The notes: generated by a model from the sequence alone, not told the origin. DNA of 62,426 nucleotides, filler included, from 6 parts of 6 records of this genome joined end to end with filler, not necessarily neighbours in it, one strand, 5' to 3'; shown: positions 26,902 to 38,843, counted from the first letter of the whole stretch. Made by a program: numbers and translations.

Positions 26902-27272
26902 TTCAGTTACTTTTGTACCTGGGTTTGTGTTGCCTCCAGAAAATGCTGGTTTATCCTTGTTTGCGGTCTAATATCAATTAATATCGTTTTGTAAACTAAA
27001 TGCGATGGCGCTTCGGATTTAAAAAGGTTTTCGCCGTGCATATAGTTTTCTTTATAAACTATATTGTTCGCGTTGACCTTGCTCGCATTCAACACCTAAC
27101 CCAAACTGCCCCAAAAGCGCTTCTGCCTGTGGTTTCTGCGTATATGGAAAACCACAATTGCCGCACATAAGCCACGTGCCGATACTCCATCCACCCGCAC
27201 TGGTTTGTGTGGAAGTTAATAATAAAAAAACTTTGGCAGTCGACGATAGATACCAATCACAAGGAGAGTTCC

Positions 27273-28250
27273 GTGAAGAAATCGATTAAATCCGTTTTGG
27301 CAGTGGCCCTGTTGGGCCTGGTGGGTTCAGTGCAAGCTGCTGACCCCTATCCATCCAAAGTTATCACCATGTTGATTCCATTTGCTGCGGGTGGTCCTAC
27401 TGACACGGTAGGTCGCCTGATCGCTCAATCCATGTCCAAAGATCTTGGGCAGCAGGTGATTGTTGAAAACCTGGGTGGTGCCGGTGGCACGCTGGCAGCC
27501 GGCAAAGCAGCCCGCTCTAACCCTGATGGCTACAACATTTTCTTGCATCACATTGGTCAGTCCACAGCGCCTTCCCTGTATCGCAAGTTGTCTTACAACG
27601 CATCCAGCGATTTTGAAACGATCGGTTTGGTAACTGACGTTCCGATGACGATTGTTGCACGCGGCAACATGCCAGCGAAGAACATGCAAGAACTGCTTGC
27701 TTACATCAAGACCAACAAAGACAAAGTGACTTACGCCAACGCTGGTGTTGGTTCTGCTTCACACCTGTGTGGAATGCTGTTCCAGACTGCAGTGGGTGTT
27801 GATTTGACTACCGTTCCTTACAAAGGCACAGGCCCTGCAATGAACGACTTGCTGGGCGGTCAGGTTGATTTCATGTGCGACCAAACCACCAACACCACAA
27901 GCCAGATCAAAGGCGGAAAAATCAAGGGCTACGCGGTTACCACCAAAAAGCCAGTTGCTTCCCTTCCTGATCTGCCTACGCTCGACAAATCCGGTTTGCC
28001 CGGCTTTGAAGTGGGTGTTTGGCATGGTTTGTATGCCCCCAAAGGCACACCAAAGCCCATCGTTGATCGTTTGAACAAAGCATTGAACGTTGCGTTGAAA
28101 GATCCAGCTGTAGTGTCGCGTTTTGCAGAATTGGGCACAGAGCCTGTTTCTGCTGAAATGGCTACGCCTGAAGCGCATCGCAAGCATCTGGATTCAGAAA
28201 TTGCACGCTGGAAGCCAATTATCGACAAAGCGGGTCAATACGCTGACTGA
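27273..28250 (+). CDS. tctC: Tripartite tricarboxylate transporter substrate-binding protein (Bug/TctC)
   Basis: AAGGAG RBS and GTG start, signal peptide, PFAAGGPTD, ENLGGAGG, GVGSASHL and VPYKGTGPAMNDLLGG. Confidence 0.93.
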   Translation: MKKSIKSVLAVALLGLVGSVQAADPYPSKVITMLIPFAAGGPTDTVGRLIAQSMSKDLGQQVIVENLGGAGGTLAAGKAARSNPDGYNIFLHHIGQSTAPSLYRKLSYNASSDFETIGLVTDVPMTIVARGNMPAKNMQELLAYIKTNKDKVTYANAGVGSASHLCGMLFQTAVGVDLTTVPYKGTGPAMNDLLGGQVDFMCDQTTNTTSQIKGGKIKGYAVTTKKPVASLPDLPTLDKSGLPGFEVGVWHGLYAPKGTPKPIVDRLNKALNVALKDPAVVSRFAELGTEPVSAEMATPEAHRKHLDSEIARWKPIIDKAGQYAD

Positions 28251-28270
28251 TTTACTACCGAGATTTAAAA

Positions 28271-28723
28271 ATGCCAAAAGATTTACGTGACTTTTGGGCC
28301 GGGCTGCTGTACCTCATTATTGGTGCGGCAGCTTTGTATATGGCCAGGGACTATGAGATGGGCACTGCTGTAAGCATGGGCCCGGGCTATTTCCCCATTG
28401 TACTGAGCGGCTTGCTGATATTGATCGGTTCAATTTCGCTGATCCGCTCGTTTATTGTTCACGGTGAGCCCCTGCAGGGGTTTGCCATCTCAAAAATCCT
28501 GTATGTAACAGTTTCAATCCTGGCATTTGCCTTGGTGGTTGATGGTGCAGGGTTTGCCATCGCGGTGGTGCTGGTGTTCGGTATTTCTGCGGCGGCCAGC
28601 AAGTTTTTCAATTGGAAGTTCACCCTTATTATTGCATTGGCTTCATCAATTTTTTGTAGCCTGTTGTTTGTCAAAGGTTTAGGAATTCCACTGCCCATCT
28701 TCGGGTCTTGGTTTGGAATGTAA
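28271..28723 (+). CDS. tctB: Tripartite tricarboxylate transporter small subunit TctB
   Basis: About four TM segments, MGPGYFP and LFVKGLGIPLP. Confidence 0.9.
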   Translation: MPKDLRDFWAGLLYLIIGAAALYMARDYEMGTAVSMGPGYFPIVLSGLLILIGSISLIRSFIVHGEPLQGFAISKILYVTVSILAFALVVDGAGFAIAVVLVFGISAAASKFFNWKFTLIIALASSIFCSLLFVKGLGIPLPIFGSWFGM

Positions 28724-28725
28724 TC

Positions 28726-30228
28726 ATGGAACTTCTAGCTAATTTATCTTTGGGTCTTGAAACAGCACTCACGCTCAACAACCTGTTTTTCTGTTTGATT
28801 GGCGTGTTTTTGGGTACGGCCATTGGTGTGTTGCCCGGTTTGGGCCCCACAGCAACCATTGCGATGCTGTTGCCCATCACCTTTGGGTTGCCACCGGTTT
28901 CATCGCTCATCATGCTTTCCGGTATTTATTACGGTGCGCAATATGGCGGATCTACCACGGCCATTCTCGTGAACCTGCCCGGGGAATCGTCTTCAGTGGT
29001 CACTGCACTTGACGGCTATCAAATGGCAAAACAGGGCAGGGCTGGCAAAGCGCTTGCCACTGCGGCCATTGGTTCGTTTGTTGCGGGCACTGCAGCCACC
29101 TTGCTGTTGGCCCTGTTTGCGCCCCCTTTGGCAGACATCGCTTTGCAATTCGGTGCGGCAGAATATTTCTCGTTGATGGTTGTTGGTTTGGTGGCGTCAG
29201 TTGTTTTGGCCAGTGGATCGCTGCTGCAGGCGTTTGGCATGATCGTGTTGGGTTTGCTTTTGGGCATGGCCGGCACCGATGTAAATTCCGGGCTTGAGCG
29301 CTACACTTTCGAAACACCCTACATGGCCGAAGGCATCAACTTCGTGATCTTGGCCATGGGCATGTTTGGTCTGGGTGAAATCATCAAGAACCTGGAAGAA
29401 GAACACCTTCGCTCTGCTATGGTCGCCAAAGTGCAGGGTTTGATGCCTAGCAAGGAAGACTTCAAACGCATGGCCTGGCCAATTGTTCGTGGCACAAGCC
29501 TGGGGTCATTGTTGGGTATCTTGCCCGGTGGTGGAGCCATGCTGGCCTCATTTGCTTCTTATTCTATCGAGAAGAAAATTTCGAAAACGCCCGAGCAGTT
29601 CGGCAAAGGCGCGATCGAGGGTGTGGCCGGTCCGGAATCTGCCAACAATGCGGGCGCACAAACATCGTTCATCCCGTTGTTGACACTGGGCATTCCATCC
29701 AATCCTGTCATGGCTTTGATGATTGGTGCCATGATCATTCAGGGTATTACGCCAGGGCCAGCGGTCATGACGGAACAGCCAACCCTGTTCTGGGGCATTA
29801 TCGTGTCCATGTGGATTGGCAACCTGTTTCTGGTGGTGTTGAATCTGCCCTTGATCGGTATTTGGGTCAAAATGATTTCGGTGCCGTACCACTACCTGTA
29901 CCCAGCCATTCTGGTGTTCTGTTGTATCGGCGCATTCAGCTTGGGTAACAAGGTGTTCGACATTTATCTGTTGGCAGGCTTTGGTGTGCTCGGCTATATC
30001 TTCTCCAAGCTGAAATGTGAACCAGCTCCGCTTTTGTTGGGTTTCATTCTTGGCCCGATGATGGAAGAGTACCTGCGCAGGGCTTTGCTGCTGTCTCGTG
30101 GCGATTTCACCGTGTTGGTGACCCGCCCAATCAGCGCAACCATGTTGGCAATCGCTGCTCTCGCATTGATTGTTGTGTTCCTGCCTTCAATCCAGAAAAA
30201 ACGTGAAGAGGCTTTTCACGAAGAGTGA
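28726..30228 (+). CDS. tctA: Tripartite tricarboxylate transporter large subunit TctA
   Basis: [35 protein letters not shown] and [10 protein letters not shown]. Confidence 0.96.
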   Translation: MELLANLSLGLETALTLNNLFFCLIGVFLGTAIGVLPGLGPTATIAMLLPITFGLPPVSSLIMLSGIYYGAQYGGSTTAILVNLPGESSSVVTALDGYQMAKQGRAGKALATAAIGSFVAGTAATLLLALFAPPLADIALQFGAAEYFSLMVVGLVASVVLASGSLLQAFGMIVLGLLLGMAGTDVNSGLERYTFETPYMAEGINFVILAMGMFGLGEIIKNLEEEHLRSAMVAKVQGLMPSKEDFKRMAWPIVRGTSLGSLLGILPGGGAMLASFASYSIEKKISKTPEQFGKGAIEGVAGPESANNAGAQTSFIPLLTLGIPSNPVMALMIGAMIIQGITPGPAVMTEQPTLFWGIIVSMWIGNLFLVVLNLPLIGIWVKMISVPYHYLYPAILVFCCIGAFSLGNKVFDIYLLAGFGVLGYIFSKLKCEPAPLLLGFILGPMMEEYLRRALLLSRGDFTVLVTRPISATMLAIAALALIVVFLPSIQKKREEAFHEE

Positions 30229-30255
30229 CGCATTAGGTTTTATTGAATGTCGCTG

Positions 30256-30294
30256 AAAAGGGCTGTCGAAATTAATGTTTCGGCAGCCCTTTTT
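30256..30294 (+). terminator. Intrinsic terminator after tctA
   Basis: AAAAGGGCTGTCGAAA-loop-TTTCGGCAGCCCTTTTT. Confidence 0.85.
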
Positions 30295-30366
30295 GCTGCG
30301 GTATGAATTGTGTTGCATTGTGTTGTATTATCCAGGAAGTAGCTAAGTAGCGGTTGGATAGCAAGA

Positions 30367-31242
30367 ATGGACATTCAGTTTCCCTCAGTGTCACCAGAAG
30401 AATCAAACTTCGGGGACAGCAAGCTTGACCCGAATCAGGTTGTGCCCCTGTATCACCAGATTTACCTGATATTGCGTGAACGCATTATTGAGGGTCATTA
30501 CGACGCCAAGCCGCTTCCGGGTGAATTGGTGCTGGCGGAGCAGTTCAATGTATCGCGGGTTACCATGCGCCGTGCATTGCAAGATCTCGTGAAAGAGGGC
30601 TTGGTGGCCAGAGGGCGCGGCAAAGGTACTTTCGTGAAACCTCGAACGGAATCACGCAGTTCCCTGATCGGCCAAAGCCAGTTGCTCAGTGCCTCGGCCA
30701 TGCGGCTTCAAGCCAGTGGCGATTCCTCTGATCTGCAGTTAATTACCTCCAAGCGAATTCTTCCTCCACCCGACATTGCCACATTGTTGCACTTGCCCAG
30801 CGATGCAATTGTTGAGAAGCTGATCAGGATCCGTCAACTGGATGGTCAACCGGTGGCCCACCTGACCAGCTACATTCCTCAAGATTTATCGGGTCGAATT
30901 TGCCGTCGCAGGTTGCGCGAGTTTCCAATTCTTGTGTTGCTTGAAGAAGCAGGCGTCAAAGTGGCCAAGGCGCGACAAACCATTTCAGCCCGGCTTGCTG
31001 ATGCCTCGGTGGCGTATGCCCTTGGGGTACCGGTGGGCGCGCCTTTGTTGGCCATTTCCCGCGTTGCGTACGATGAAAACGGCAGGCCTGTGCAAGTCTT
31101 GAAGGGTTTGTATCGCCCAGATCGCTACGATTACCGGATCGAGCTTTCACGCAAGCAGGCCAAGGGGCAAAGTTCCTGGCAGCACGTGAACGAGGTCGAG
31201 TTTGCATTCGAGATGCACCAACAAGACCTCAGTCATTTCTAG
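30367..31242 (+). CDS. GntR family (HutC/UTRA) transcriptional regulator
   Basis: PLYHQIY, LPGELVLAEQFNVSRVTMRRAL and RGRGKGTFV, then a UTRA domain ending YRPDRYDY. Confidence 0.94.
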   Translation: MDIQFPSVSPEESNFGDSKLDPNQVVPLYHQIYLILRERIIEGHYDAKPLPGELVLAEQFNVSRVTMRRALQDLVKEGLVARGRGKGTFVKPRTESRSSLIGQSQLLSASAMRLQASGDSSDLQLITSKRILPPPDIATLLHLPSDAIVEKLIRIRQLDGQPVAHLTSYIPQDLSGRICRRRLREFPILVLLEEAGVKVAKARQTISARLADASVAYALGVPVGAPLLAISRVAYDENGRPVQVLKGLYRPDRYDYRIELSRKQAKGQSSWQHVNEVEFAFEMHQQDLSHF

Positions 31243-31254
31243 GTTGTTGCGCAA

Positions 31255-31347
31255 TTACTTTAGCGGTTCAACCGGGCGGGAATTGCGGTTTTCGTCCACG
31301 GCAACATAGGTTACATACGCTTCAGTTACCTTGGCTACATCGTCAGG
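31255..31347 (-). CDS. Acyl-CoA thioesterase YciA-like (C-terminal fragment)
   Basis: Manual translation PDDVAKVTEAYVTYVAVDENRNSRPVEPLK*, matching the hot-dog thioesterase C-terminus. Confidence 0.8.
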   Translation of the reverse strand, partial: PDDVAKVTEAYVTYVAVDENRNSRPVEPLK

Positions 31348-31447
31348 NNNNNNNNNNNNNNNNNNNNNNNNNNNNNNNNNNNNNNNNNNNNTTAATTAAT
31401 TAANNNNNNNNNNNNNNNNNNNNNNNNNNNNNNNNNNNNNNNNNNNN
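31348..31447. other. Artificial contig spacer
   Basis: N44-TTAATTAATTAA-N44. Confidence 0.99.
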
Positions 31448-32115
31448 ACTTAATAGAATCTGGACAGAAGTACCAAGATTCGGTAGATAGAGCTATTCAA
31501 CTTGCAGTTGATGGTCATATTGTCACATTTGGTTTGAAACCCACAAAACCTGAAACAGGCTTTGGATATATCAAAGCTGAGGGTGAGGAAGTTAGAGGTT
31601 TTCGTGAAAAACCGAATTTAGAAACAGCTGAAGGGTTTCTTAAAAGTGGTAACTTTTTCTGGAATTCTGGGATGTTTTGCTTTCAAGCAGGAGTATACCT
31701 AGAAGAACTTAAGTCTTTTGAACCTGGAGTTTATAATGCATCCAAAGCCGCTTTTGATTCAGCTGTTGAAGGTAAGCTTGACATTGACCTTTCTATGAAA
31801 ATCCCATCTATTTCTGTGGATTATGCAGTAATGGAAAAAACCAAAAAGATTAAAGTGGTTCAGTCGAAATTCTCATGGTCAGATATGGGTTCATTTGAAT
31901 CTATCTATTCCTATTTCAGACAGCAAGGGCATCCTGTCGATTCCAAAGGTAATATGGTGATTGGGACAAGCCTTCACACTGAGTTTTTAGGGATGAAAAA
32001 TACACTTCTTGTTCATACCAATGATGCTATTTTGGTTCTAAAGAAGGAGAAAGCTCAAGACGTGAAAAAGGTATTTGAGCGTTTGGAAAGAGAGAAGCCT
32101 GAAATATTAGCTTAA
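31448..32115 (+). CDS. manC: Mannose-1-phosphate guanylyltransferase (5'-truncated, no cupin domain)
   Basis: IVTFGLKPTKPETGFGYI, FREKP, WNSGMF, ISVDYAVME and WSDMGS. Confidence 0.93.
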
Positions 32116-32155
32116 TTCTATAAATGCTTCACTCATTTAATCAACAAATGAATCA

Positions 32156-33127
32156 TTGAGAAAGAACGACAAAATTTTTATTGCAGGTCATCGGGGAATG
32201 GTTGGTTCTGCTATTTGGAGCGCTCTTCATGTGAAAGGCTATACCAATTTAGTAGGAAGAAATTCACGCGAACTTGATCTCAGAAATCAGCTTGCTGTTT
32301 CTGATTTTTTTTCTCAGGAAAAACCAGCTGTAGTAATTGATGCAGCAGCTAGAGTAGGGGGTATTTTAGCAAATAGTAATTACCCATTTCAGTTTTTGAT
32401 GGAGAATATGCAGATTCAAAATAATCTCATAGACTCGTCTCTGAAAGCAGATGTGCAAAAGTTCATCTTCTTAGGTTCTTCCTGTATTTATCCAAAATTA
32501 GCTCCACAGCCTCTGAAAGAGGAGTACTTATTAACAGGCCCATTGGAACCGACAAATGAATGGTATGCAGTAGCAAAAATCACTGGTGTGAAAGCCTGTG
32601 AAGCCATTAGGAAGCAATTTGGAAAGGACTACATTTCTTTAATGCCTACCAATTTATATGGGCCAAATGATAATTTTGATTTGACTACTTCTCATGTTCT
32701 TCCGGCAATGATAAGGAAGTTTCATGAGGCTAAATTGGCTGGTGAAAGAATTGGAATGAATTGTAGTGAGCCTGTCGAACTATGGGGTTCTGGCTCACCT
32801 ATGCGTGAGTTTTTATTTGTAGAAGACTTAGCTGATGCAGTAGTGTTTGCATTAGAAAATGAGTTCAAGGAAAACTTGTATAACATTGGAACAGGGACTG
32901 ATCTTTCTATTAAAGAGCTAGCTGAATTGATTCAAAAAACAGTAGGACATACTGGAGATATTAATTGGGATTCGACCAAACCCGATGGAACACCAAGAAA
33001 ATTAATGGATGTCACCAAAATGCAACAAGCTGGATGGAAAGCAAAAATTGGTCTTGAAGATGGTATTAAAAGAACATACGAATGGTTTTTGAAGAATCAA
33101 GAAACTTTTAAGGAAGTGAAAATTTAA
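32156..33127 (+). CDS. fcl: GDP-L-fucose synthase
   Basis: AGHRGMVGSA, AARVGGI, FLGSSCIYP, YAVAK, MPTNLYGP, SHVLPA and KPDGTPRK. Confidence 0.97.
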   Translation: MRKNDKIFIAGHRGMVGSAIWSALHVKGYTNLVGRNSRELDLRNQLAVSDFFSQEKPAVVIDAAARVGGILANSNYPFQFLMENMQIQNNLIDSSLKADVQKFIFLGSSCIYPKLAPQPLKEEYLLTGPLEPTNEWYAVAKITGVKACEAIRKQFGKDYISLMPTNLYGPNDNFDLTTSHVLPAMIRKFHEAKLAGERIGMNCSEPVELWGSGSPMREFLFVEDLADAVVFALENEFKENLYNIGTGTDLSIKELAELIQKTVGHTGDINWDSTKPDGTPRKLMDVTKMQQAGWKAKIGLEDGIKRTYEWFLKNQETFKEVKI

Positions 33128-33370
33128 TTATTCTGTTAAATTTTAATAGCTGTATTCGGCTACCTGCACCTATGTTTAATCAGGCATCAAACTTAAATTC
33201 GGTCCCTGAGCGCAGTTAACGAGAATGGTATTCAAAATATGTATTGATCCGAATACACATAAATTTTTATAGATTCAACTTTCATGTTTATGCAATAAGC
33301 CCTAAATTCTAGGCTCAAATCACAAACATCTAATTTATTCTTTTTAATACTAACCATTATCCTTGTCCAT

Positions 33371-34231
33371 TTGAAAGCCGCTGTTCTCATTGCATGCCAT
33401 AACCGAAAAGAAAAAACTAGAAATTGCCTTCAAAATCTCTTTGAACAGGATTTGCCCAAGGATAGTACTTTAGAAGTGTTCCTTTGCGATGATGGAAGTA
33501 CTGACGGCACTTCTGAAATGATTAATTCAGAGTTTCCCCAAGTTCATACCGTTTATGGGAGTGGAAAACTTTTTTGGAATGGAGGAATGGATTTAGCTTG
33601 GAAGAATGCTATTGAATCAGATGATTTTGATTTTTATTTCTGGCTCAATGATGATACGTTCTTATTGCCTAACGCCATAAAAAATATCTATGCTGATTAC
33701 CTCAAAGTTGGAAAGCCGAACATCATTACAGCGGCATGTAAGATTCCAAACACAGAGGAATTCTCATATGGTGGTTGGGATGGTTTTGGGCCAATTAAGC
33801 CTAAAAAGAATCTACAGCAAGTAACCTTGATATCGGGTAATTTTGTGTTGATCTCCAAAGAAATCGTTAGTAAAATAGGAACACTTTCACCTTCCTACAC
33901 ACATTACCTAGGAGATTATGATTATGGCCTTAGAGCTATCGAGGCAGGGTTTGATTGCTATACAAGCTCAGATTATCTTGCTGAATGCGATACTAATATT
34001 CTGCCATATTGGGGGAATCCTAGCTACCCGCTAAGGAAAAGATGGAAAATGTTGCACGATGTGAAAGGACAGGCATTTTCAGAATATTTACGTTTCAAAT
34101 TCAGGCATTACGGAGTTGCCATAGGGATTAAAACTATGCTAGATACATACTCCAAAGTATTGAGTCCAAATACCTACACAAGCTTTAGGGATTTGGTTAG
34201 AAAAAAAGTTCTTAGACGAACCGCTTACTAA
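33371..34231 (+). CDS. GT2 family glycosyltransferase
   Basis: LIACHNR, DDGSTDGT, LFWNGGM, WLNDD, GNFVLI and HYLGDYDYG. Confidence 0.93.
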   Translation: MKAAVLIACHNRKEKTRNCLQNLFEQDLPKDSTLEVFLCDDGSTDGTSEMINSEFPQVHTVYGSGKLFWNGGMDLAWKNAIESDDFDFYFWLNDDTFLLPNAIKNIYADYLKVGKPNIITAACKIPNTEEFSYGGWDGFGPIKPKKNLQQVTLISGNFVLISKEIVSKIGTLSPSYTHYLGDYDYGLRAIEAGFDCYTSSDYLAECDTNILPYWGNPSYPLRKRWKMLHDVKGQAFSEYLRFKFRHYGVAIGIKTMLDTYSKVLSPNTYTSFRDLVRKKVLRRTAY

Positions 34232-34342
34232 AATTAGTGATGAACTTTGTGGGATTAAGTAAAGCGGAATGAATTTATCTCCCATTCAAATGCACTATTC
34301 AAGATTCTTTTTGCTGACCTTCCGCATTTTTAAAACCAAATA

Positions 34343-34781
34343 ATGAAAACTGCATTAATTACAGGAATCACCGGACAAGATGGTGCCTATCTCGCTGAGT
34401 TACTCCTAGAGAAAGGTTATAAGGTTCATGGAGTTAAGCGCAGATCGTCCTTAATAAATACGGATAGAATTGATCACTTATACCAGGATCCGCATGTAGA
34501 GAATCCACAACTGGTGCTACACTACGGAGATATGACAGATTCCATGAATTTGACTCGTATCATTCAGGAAACCCAGCCGGACGAGATTTACAATATGGCG
34601 GCGATGTCCCATGTGCAGGTTTCCTTTGATATCCCAGAATATACAGCCAATGCAGATGGAATTGGGACATTACGGGTTTTAGAGGCCGTGCGCTTATTGG
34701 GATTGGAAAAGAAGACCAAAATCTATCAAGCATCTACTTCAGAATTGTATGGTCTTGTTCAGCAAGTACCGCAGTCAGAGT
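34343..34781 (+). CDS. gmd: GDP-mannose 4,6-dehydratase (3'-truncated)
   Basis: [29 protein letters not shown] and [10 protein letters not shown]. Confidence 0.97.
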
Positions 34782-34881
34782 NNNNNNNNNNNNNNNNNNN
34801 NNNNNNNNNNNNNNNNNNNNNNNNNTTAATTAATTAANNNNNNNNNNNNNNNNNNNNNNNNNNNNNNNNNNNNNNNNNNNN
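34782..34881. other. Artificial contig spacer
   Basis: N44-TTAATTAATTAA-N44. Confidence 0.99.
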
Positions 34882-35134
34882 CGGCATTGACCACCACCAG
34901 TGCCTTTTTATCGGCAGTAATCAACGGGCCAAATAATTGCTGGGAATCCTTATAATTGTAAACTTCGGCAAAGTGTCCTTCGGTAACGATCAATTTGGAA
35001 ACGTTATTGATCTGCTCTTGAATAAGCATGGAATTCTCTTTTAAAATCGACTTCTTTTCTTTCTCCTCAGAACAGGAACGAAAAATTAAAACAACAGCCA
35101 ACGTAAGGATTACCCCGATAAATACTTTCTTCAT
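34882..35134 (-). CDS. DUF4230 domain protein (3'-truncated)
   Basis: N-terminal TM anchor, QINNVSKLIVTEGHFAEVYNY and KKALVVVNA. Confidence 0.8.
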
Positions 35135-35137
35135 GCA

Positions 35138-36082
35138 CTAAAATTTCATATAAGGATACTTCTTTTGAAGGTACGTAATTTTTTGATCAAGTGCCTTAAG
35201 GAATTCCTGATGCTTTAGCGATTCAGGATTAAAAGGCCTGTGATTTAAGCCACTTTGCACAGCAGCCACCTTTTCCATAGTTGGCCACGCCTCTTGGGCG
35301 ATCCATACAGAAACAAACTTTTCCCAGATATAGGTAATCGCCAGATCATTGGGATGCACCAGATCATTCCCGTAAAAGCGATAATCCCGAAGTTCGTCCA
35401 TCATTAGTTCATAACTCGGGAAATACAAGGCATTCCCTTTTTTTATTATTTGATGAACAGCACTGATTAAATGTGCCTTACTTAGTTGATTTTCCACAAA
35501 TCCATCCTTTAAATGACGCACTGGGGAAACTGTAAAAACAATCTGGGTTTTTGTATTTATGGTTTGAATCTGGTGTACAATAGCTTCCAAACTTTGTACA
35601 ATTTTTTCAATTGAAAGTAATTCTTTCTTAAAGGCCAACTGTGGAACCTTATGGCAATTGGCAACTTCTTTTCCACTCTCCTTCAATTGATAGGTCCATG
35701 CGGTCCCTAAAGTAATGAAGATGTGGGAAGCCTTATTTATATATAATTTTGTTTTCGATAAGCCCGAGTTTAAGCTACCTAGCAAATCTTCTTTTGCAAC
35801 AGAGGACAAATCGGAATGTGCATCATAGCACTGCCAGCGCTCATTCAAAAAAAACACTTCTTCCTCTGTGTATGACTCTTCTTGAATTGCCCTGGAAATC
35901 AAGTTTTCAATGGCCAAAGGATGAAATAAAATTCCAAACGGATTTTGAAGTGCCCGGAATTTATAATACGCCAGCTTGTCCCCTATATTATTGGCAAAAC
36001 AAGACCCCAACACTACTAATTGACTGTTATAATCAATCTGATTTTCAGCCTTTTTTAGAGGTATCTGTGTTTGAAGTTTCAT
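35138..36082 (-). CDS. GSCFA domain protein (SGNH-like)
   Basis: LGSCFANNIG, NPFGILFHP, ITLGTAW, NCHK, TVSPVRH, YFPSYE and DELRDYRFY..D..HP. Confidence 0.93.
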   Translation of the reverse strand: MKLQTQIPLKKAENQIDYNSQLVVLGSCFANNIGDKLAYYKFRALQNPFGILFHPLAIENLISRAIQEESYTEEEVFFLNERWQCYDAHSDLSSVAKEDLLGSLNSGLSKTKLYINKASHIFITLGTAWTYQLKESGKEVANCHKVPQLAFKKELLSIEKIVQSLEAIVHQIQTINTKTQIVFTVSPVRHLKDGFVENQLSKAHLISAVHQIIKKGNALYFPSYELMMDELRDYRFYGNDLVHPNDLAITYIWEKFVSVWIAQEAWPTMEKVAAVQSGLNHRPFNPESLKHQEFLKALDQKITYLQKKYPYMKF

Positions 36083-36165
36083 TATTTAATTTTAAGCATT
36101 ACCCTCCTTAAGCAACTCTAAAGCCTTCTTAAGATAATACAACTATTCAGATTCTTACTGCCGCC

Positions 36166-38518
36166 CTAAACTATATAAGCTTTGGCTTTCTCCAGCACCT
36201 CGCCAATCCCAGCTGGATTTTTACCTCCGGCGGTAGCAAAAAACGGTTGTCCGCCCCCGCCACCTTGAATGTACTTTCCAAGCTCCCGAACTATGGTTCC
36301 GGCATTCAATTTCCTCTGCTCTACCAATTCTTTGGAGATATAACAGGACAAAAGTGCTTTGCCCTCGTTCTCCGAGGCGAAAAGTAAAAATAGATCCTCT
36401 CTATTCTGGCCCATCTCAAAGGAGATGTCCTTTATTCCTGCGGCATCCAAATCCACCTTCTTGGCCAAGAATTGAATTCCGTTCACTTCGCTAAGTTCAT
36501 TGAGCAACTCGCCCTTCAAATTTTTAGCCTTCTCTTTTAATAGGTTCTCCAACTCTTTTTTCAACCTCAAATTTTCATCTTGCAAGGCCGTCAAAGCCTT
36601 AACCGGTTCCTGGGAATTGTTCAAGAGTTCCTTAATTTCCAAAAGGGTAGTATTACTTTCGGAAAAGAAATCCTTGACCGCATCGGAGGTTATGGCCTCT
36701 ATTCTCCGTATGCCCGCTGCCACGGCCCCTTCCGACCTAATTCTAAAATGCCAGATATCGGCAGTATTCTTCACATGGGTTCCCCCACAAAGTTCTATGG
36801 ATTGTCCAAAACGAATGGTCCTGACCGCATCGCCATATTTTTCCCCAAAAAGGGCCATTGCCCCTTGTTCCAAGGCCTTTTCCATGGGCACATTGCGCTG
36901 TTCCTCCAAAGGCAGGCCACTGCTTATGCGGGCATTTACAAAACTTTCTATAGATGTAAGTTCATCCGTACTAAGTTTGGCAAAATGGGAAAAATCGAAA
37001 CGCAGGTATTTGGAATGTACAGCAGAACCTTTTTGTTCCACATGCGTCCCCAGAATTTCACGTAGTGCCTGGTGCAATAAATGCGTGGCCGTATGGTTAC
37101 ATTCGGTTCTCTTGCGTTGCTTTGCATCTACCACAGCCTTAAATTTACCCCCAGTGTCCTTGGGTAAATTTTTTGCAAAATGGACAATCTCGTTATTTTC
37201 TTTTTTGGTATCCAATATATATACCACATCGCCATTGGGGGCTTCCAAATACCCCTTGTCACCAACCTGCCCTCCACCTTCGGGATAAAACGGGGTTAGG
37301 TTGAATACAATCTGATATTGCTCTCCCTCCTTCTTGGAAGTAACTTTTCTGTATTTTACAATTTTTACCGAGGTCTCCAAATTATCATAACCCACAAATT
37401 CCTGCTGCGGATCCTCGGCAAGAACTATCCAATCTTCTTTGGACACTTCAGATGCCGATCTGGAACGGTCCTTTTGCTCCTTCATGGCAGTCTCGAAACC
37501 TTTTTCATCCAGATCATATCCTCTTTCACTTAAAATAAGTGCTGTTAAATCGATAGGAAATCCGAAGGTATCATAAAGCTCGAAGGCTTTTCTACCATCT
37601 ATTTTTTTGTCCTTGTTTTCGGCCACTATATTATCCAACAACAATAATCCCTGGTCCAAAGTCTTTAAAAAAGAATGTTCTTCTTCCTTGACCACATTTT
37701 CAATTAACTGTTGTTGGTCCTTAAGTTCTGGAAAGGATTTCCCCATGGTATCGGAAAGCACCTTTACCAATAGAAACATAAAAGGTTCCTTGGTGTTCAA
37801 AAAGGTGAAACCGTAACGAATGGCCCTACGCAAAATTCTGCGGATAACATAGCCCGCGCCCGTATTACTGGGCAACTGTCCGTCCGCAATGGAAAATGAA
37901 ACCGCACGTATATGATCGGCAATTACCCTTATGGCAATATTTATTTCTTCATCCTTCCCATATTTGGAATTGGTAATAGTCTCTATCTCCCTGATTATAG
38001 GGGTAAACACATCGGTATCGTAATTGGACTGCACACCCTGCATTACCATGCACAAACGTTCAAAGCCCATTCCGGTATCCACATGTTTGGCCGGCAAGGA
38101 TTCCAATTGTCCGTTGGCCTTCCTATTGTACTGCATAAAAACCAGGTTCCAGATCTCAACGACCTGGGGGTGATCATTATTCACTAGCGAAGCACCGGAT
38201 ACTTTGGCCTTTTCCTCGGCCGAACGGATATCCACATGTATCTCCGAACATGGTCCACAGGGTCCTTGGTCTCCCATTTCCCAAAAATTATCTTTCTTGT
38301 TCCCAAAAAGAATCTTGTCCTTGGCGACTATCTTAGTCCAAAGCTCCAAGGCTTCCGTATCTTGGTCCAATTTATCGGCATCCTTACTTCCCTCAAAGAC
38401 CGTTACGTAAAGGCTGTCCTTATCAATCTTGCAAACTTCAGTTAAAAACTCCCATGCCCATGCAATGGCCTCGGCCTTGAAGTAGTCCCCAAAACTCCAA
38501 TTCCCCAACATTTCGAAC
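36166..38518 (-). CDS. alaS: Alanine--tRNA ligase (5'-truncated)
   Basis: [48 protein letters not shown] and GGGGG. Confidence 0.99.
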
Positions 38519-38618
38519 NNNNNNNNNNNNNNNNNNNNNNNNNNNNNNNNNNNNNNNNNNNNTTAATTAATTAANNNNNNNNNNNNNNNNNNNNNNNNNN
38601 NNNNNNNNNNNNNNNNNN
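38519..38618. other. Artificial contig spacer
   Basis: N44-TTAATTAATTAA-N44. Confidence 0.99.
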
Positions 38619-38800
38619 GCGTCATGGAGGGCGTGTGGGACATTTCATGCCCTGTGTCCAGCCAAGGACAAGAAGAGATCGTCGCTGCCTTGACCACGCC
38701 TTATGTGCGTCTCGTCACCAATCAGGTGTCAAAAGACATTGTGGCGCAAAAACTTAAGGCCGCCGCCGCAGAAATCTCCCGCAAACTCAATAATGACTGA
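38619..38800 (+). CDS. IclR family regulator (C-terminal fragment)
   Basis: Manual translation VMEGVWDISCPV...IVAALTTPY...LKAAAAEISRKL*, matching the IclR effector-domain end. Confidence 0.75.
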
Positions 38801-38843
38801 GATTCTGCCGTTTTCGGGCCTAGGTTGCTTACGGGCGATTTGA

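Noticed and set aside
26907-27095. 62-aa minus-strand ORF in the AT-rich region upstream of tctC
   Set aside because: It has a weak start and no motif. The region is more plausibly the tct promoter.
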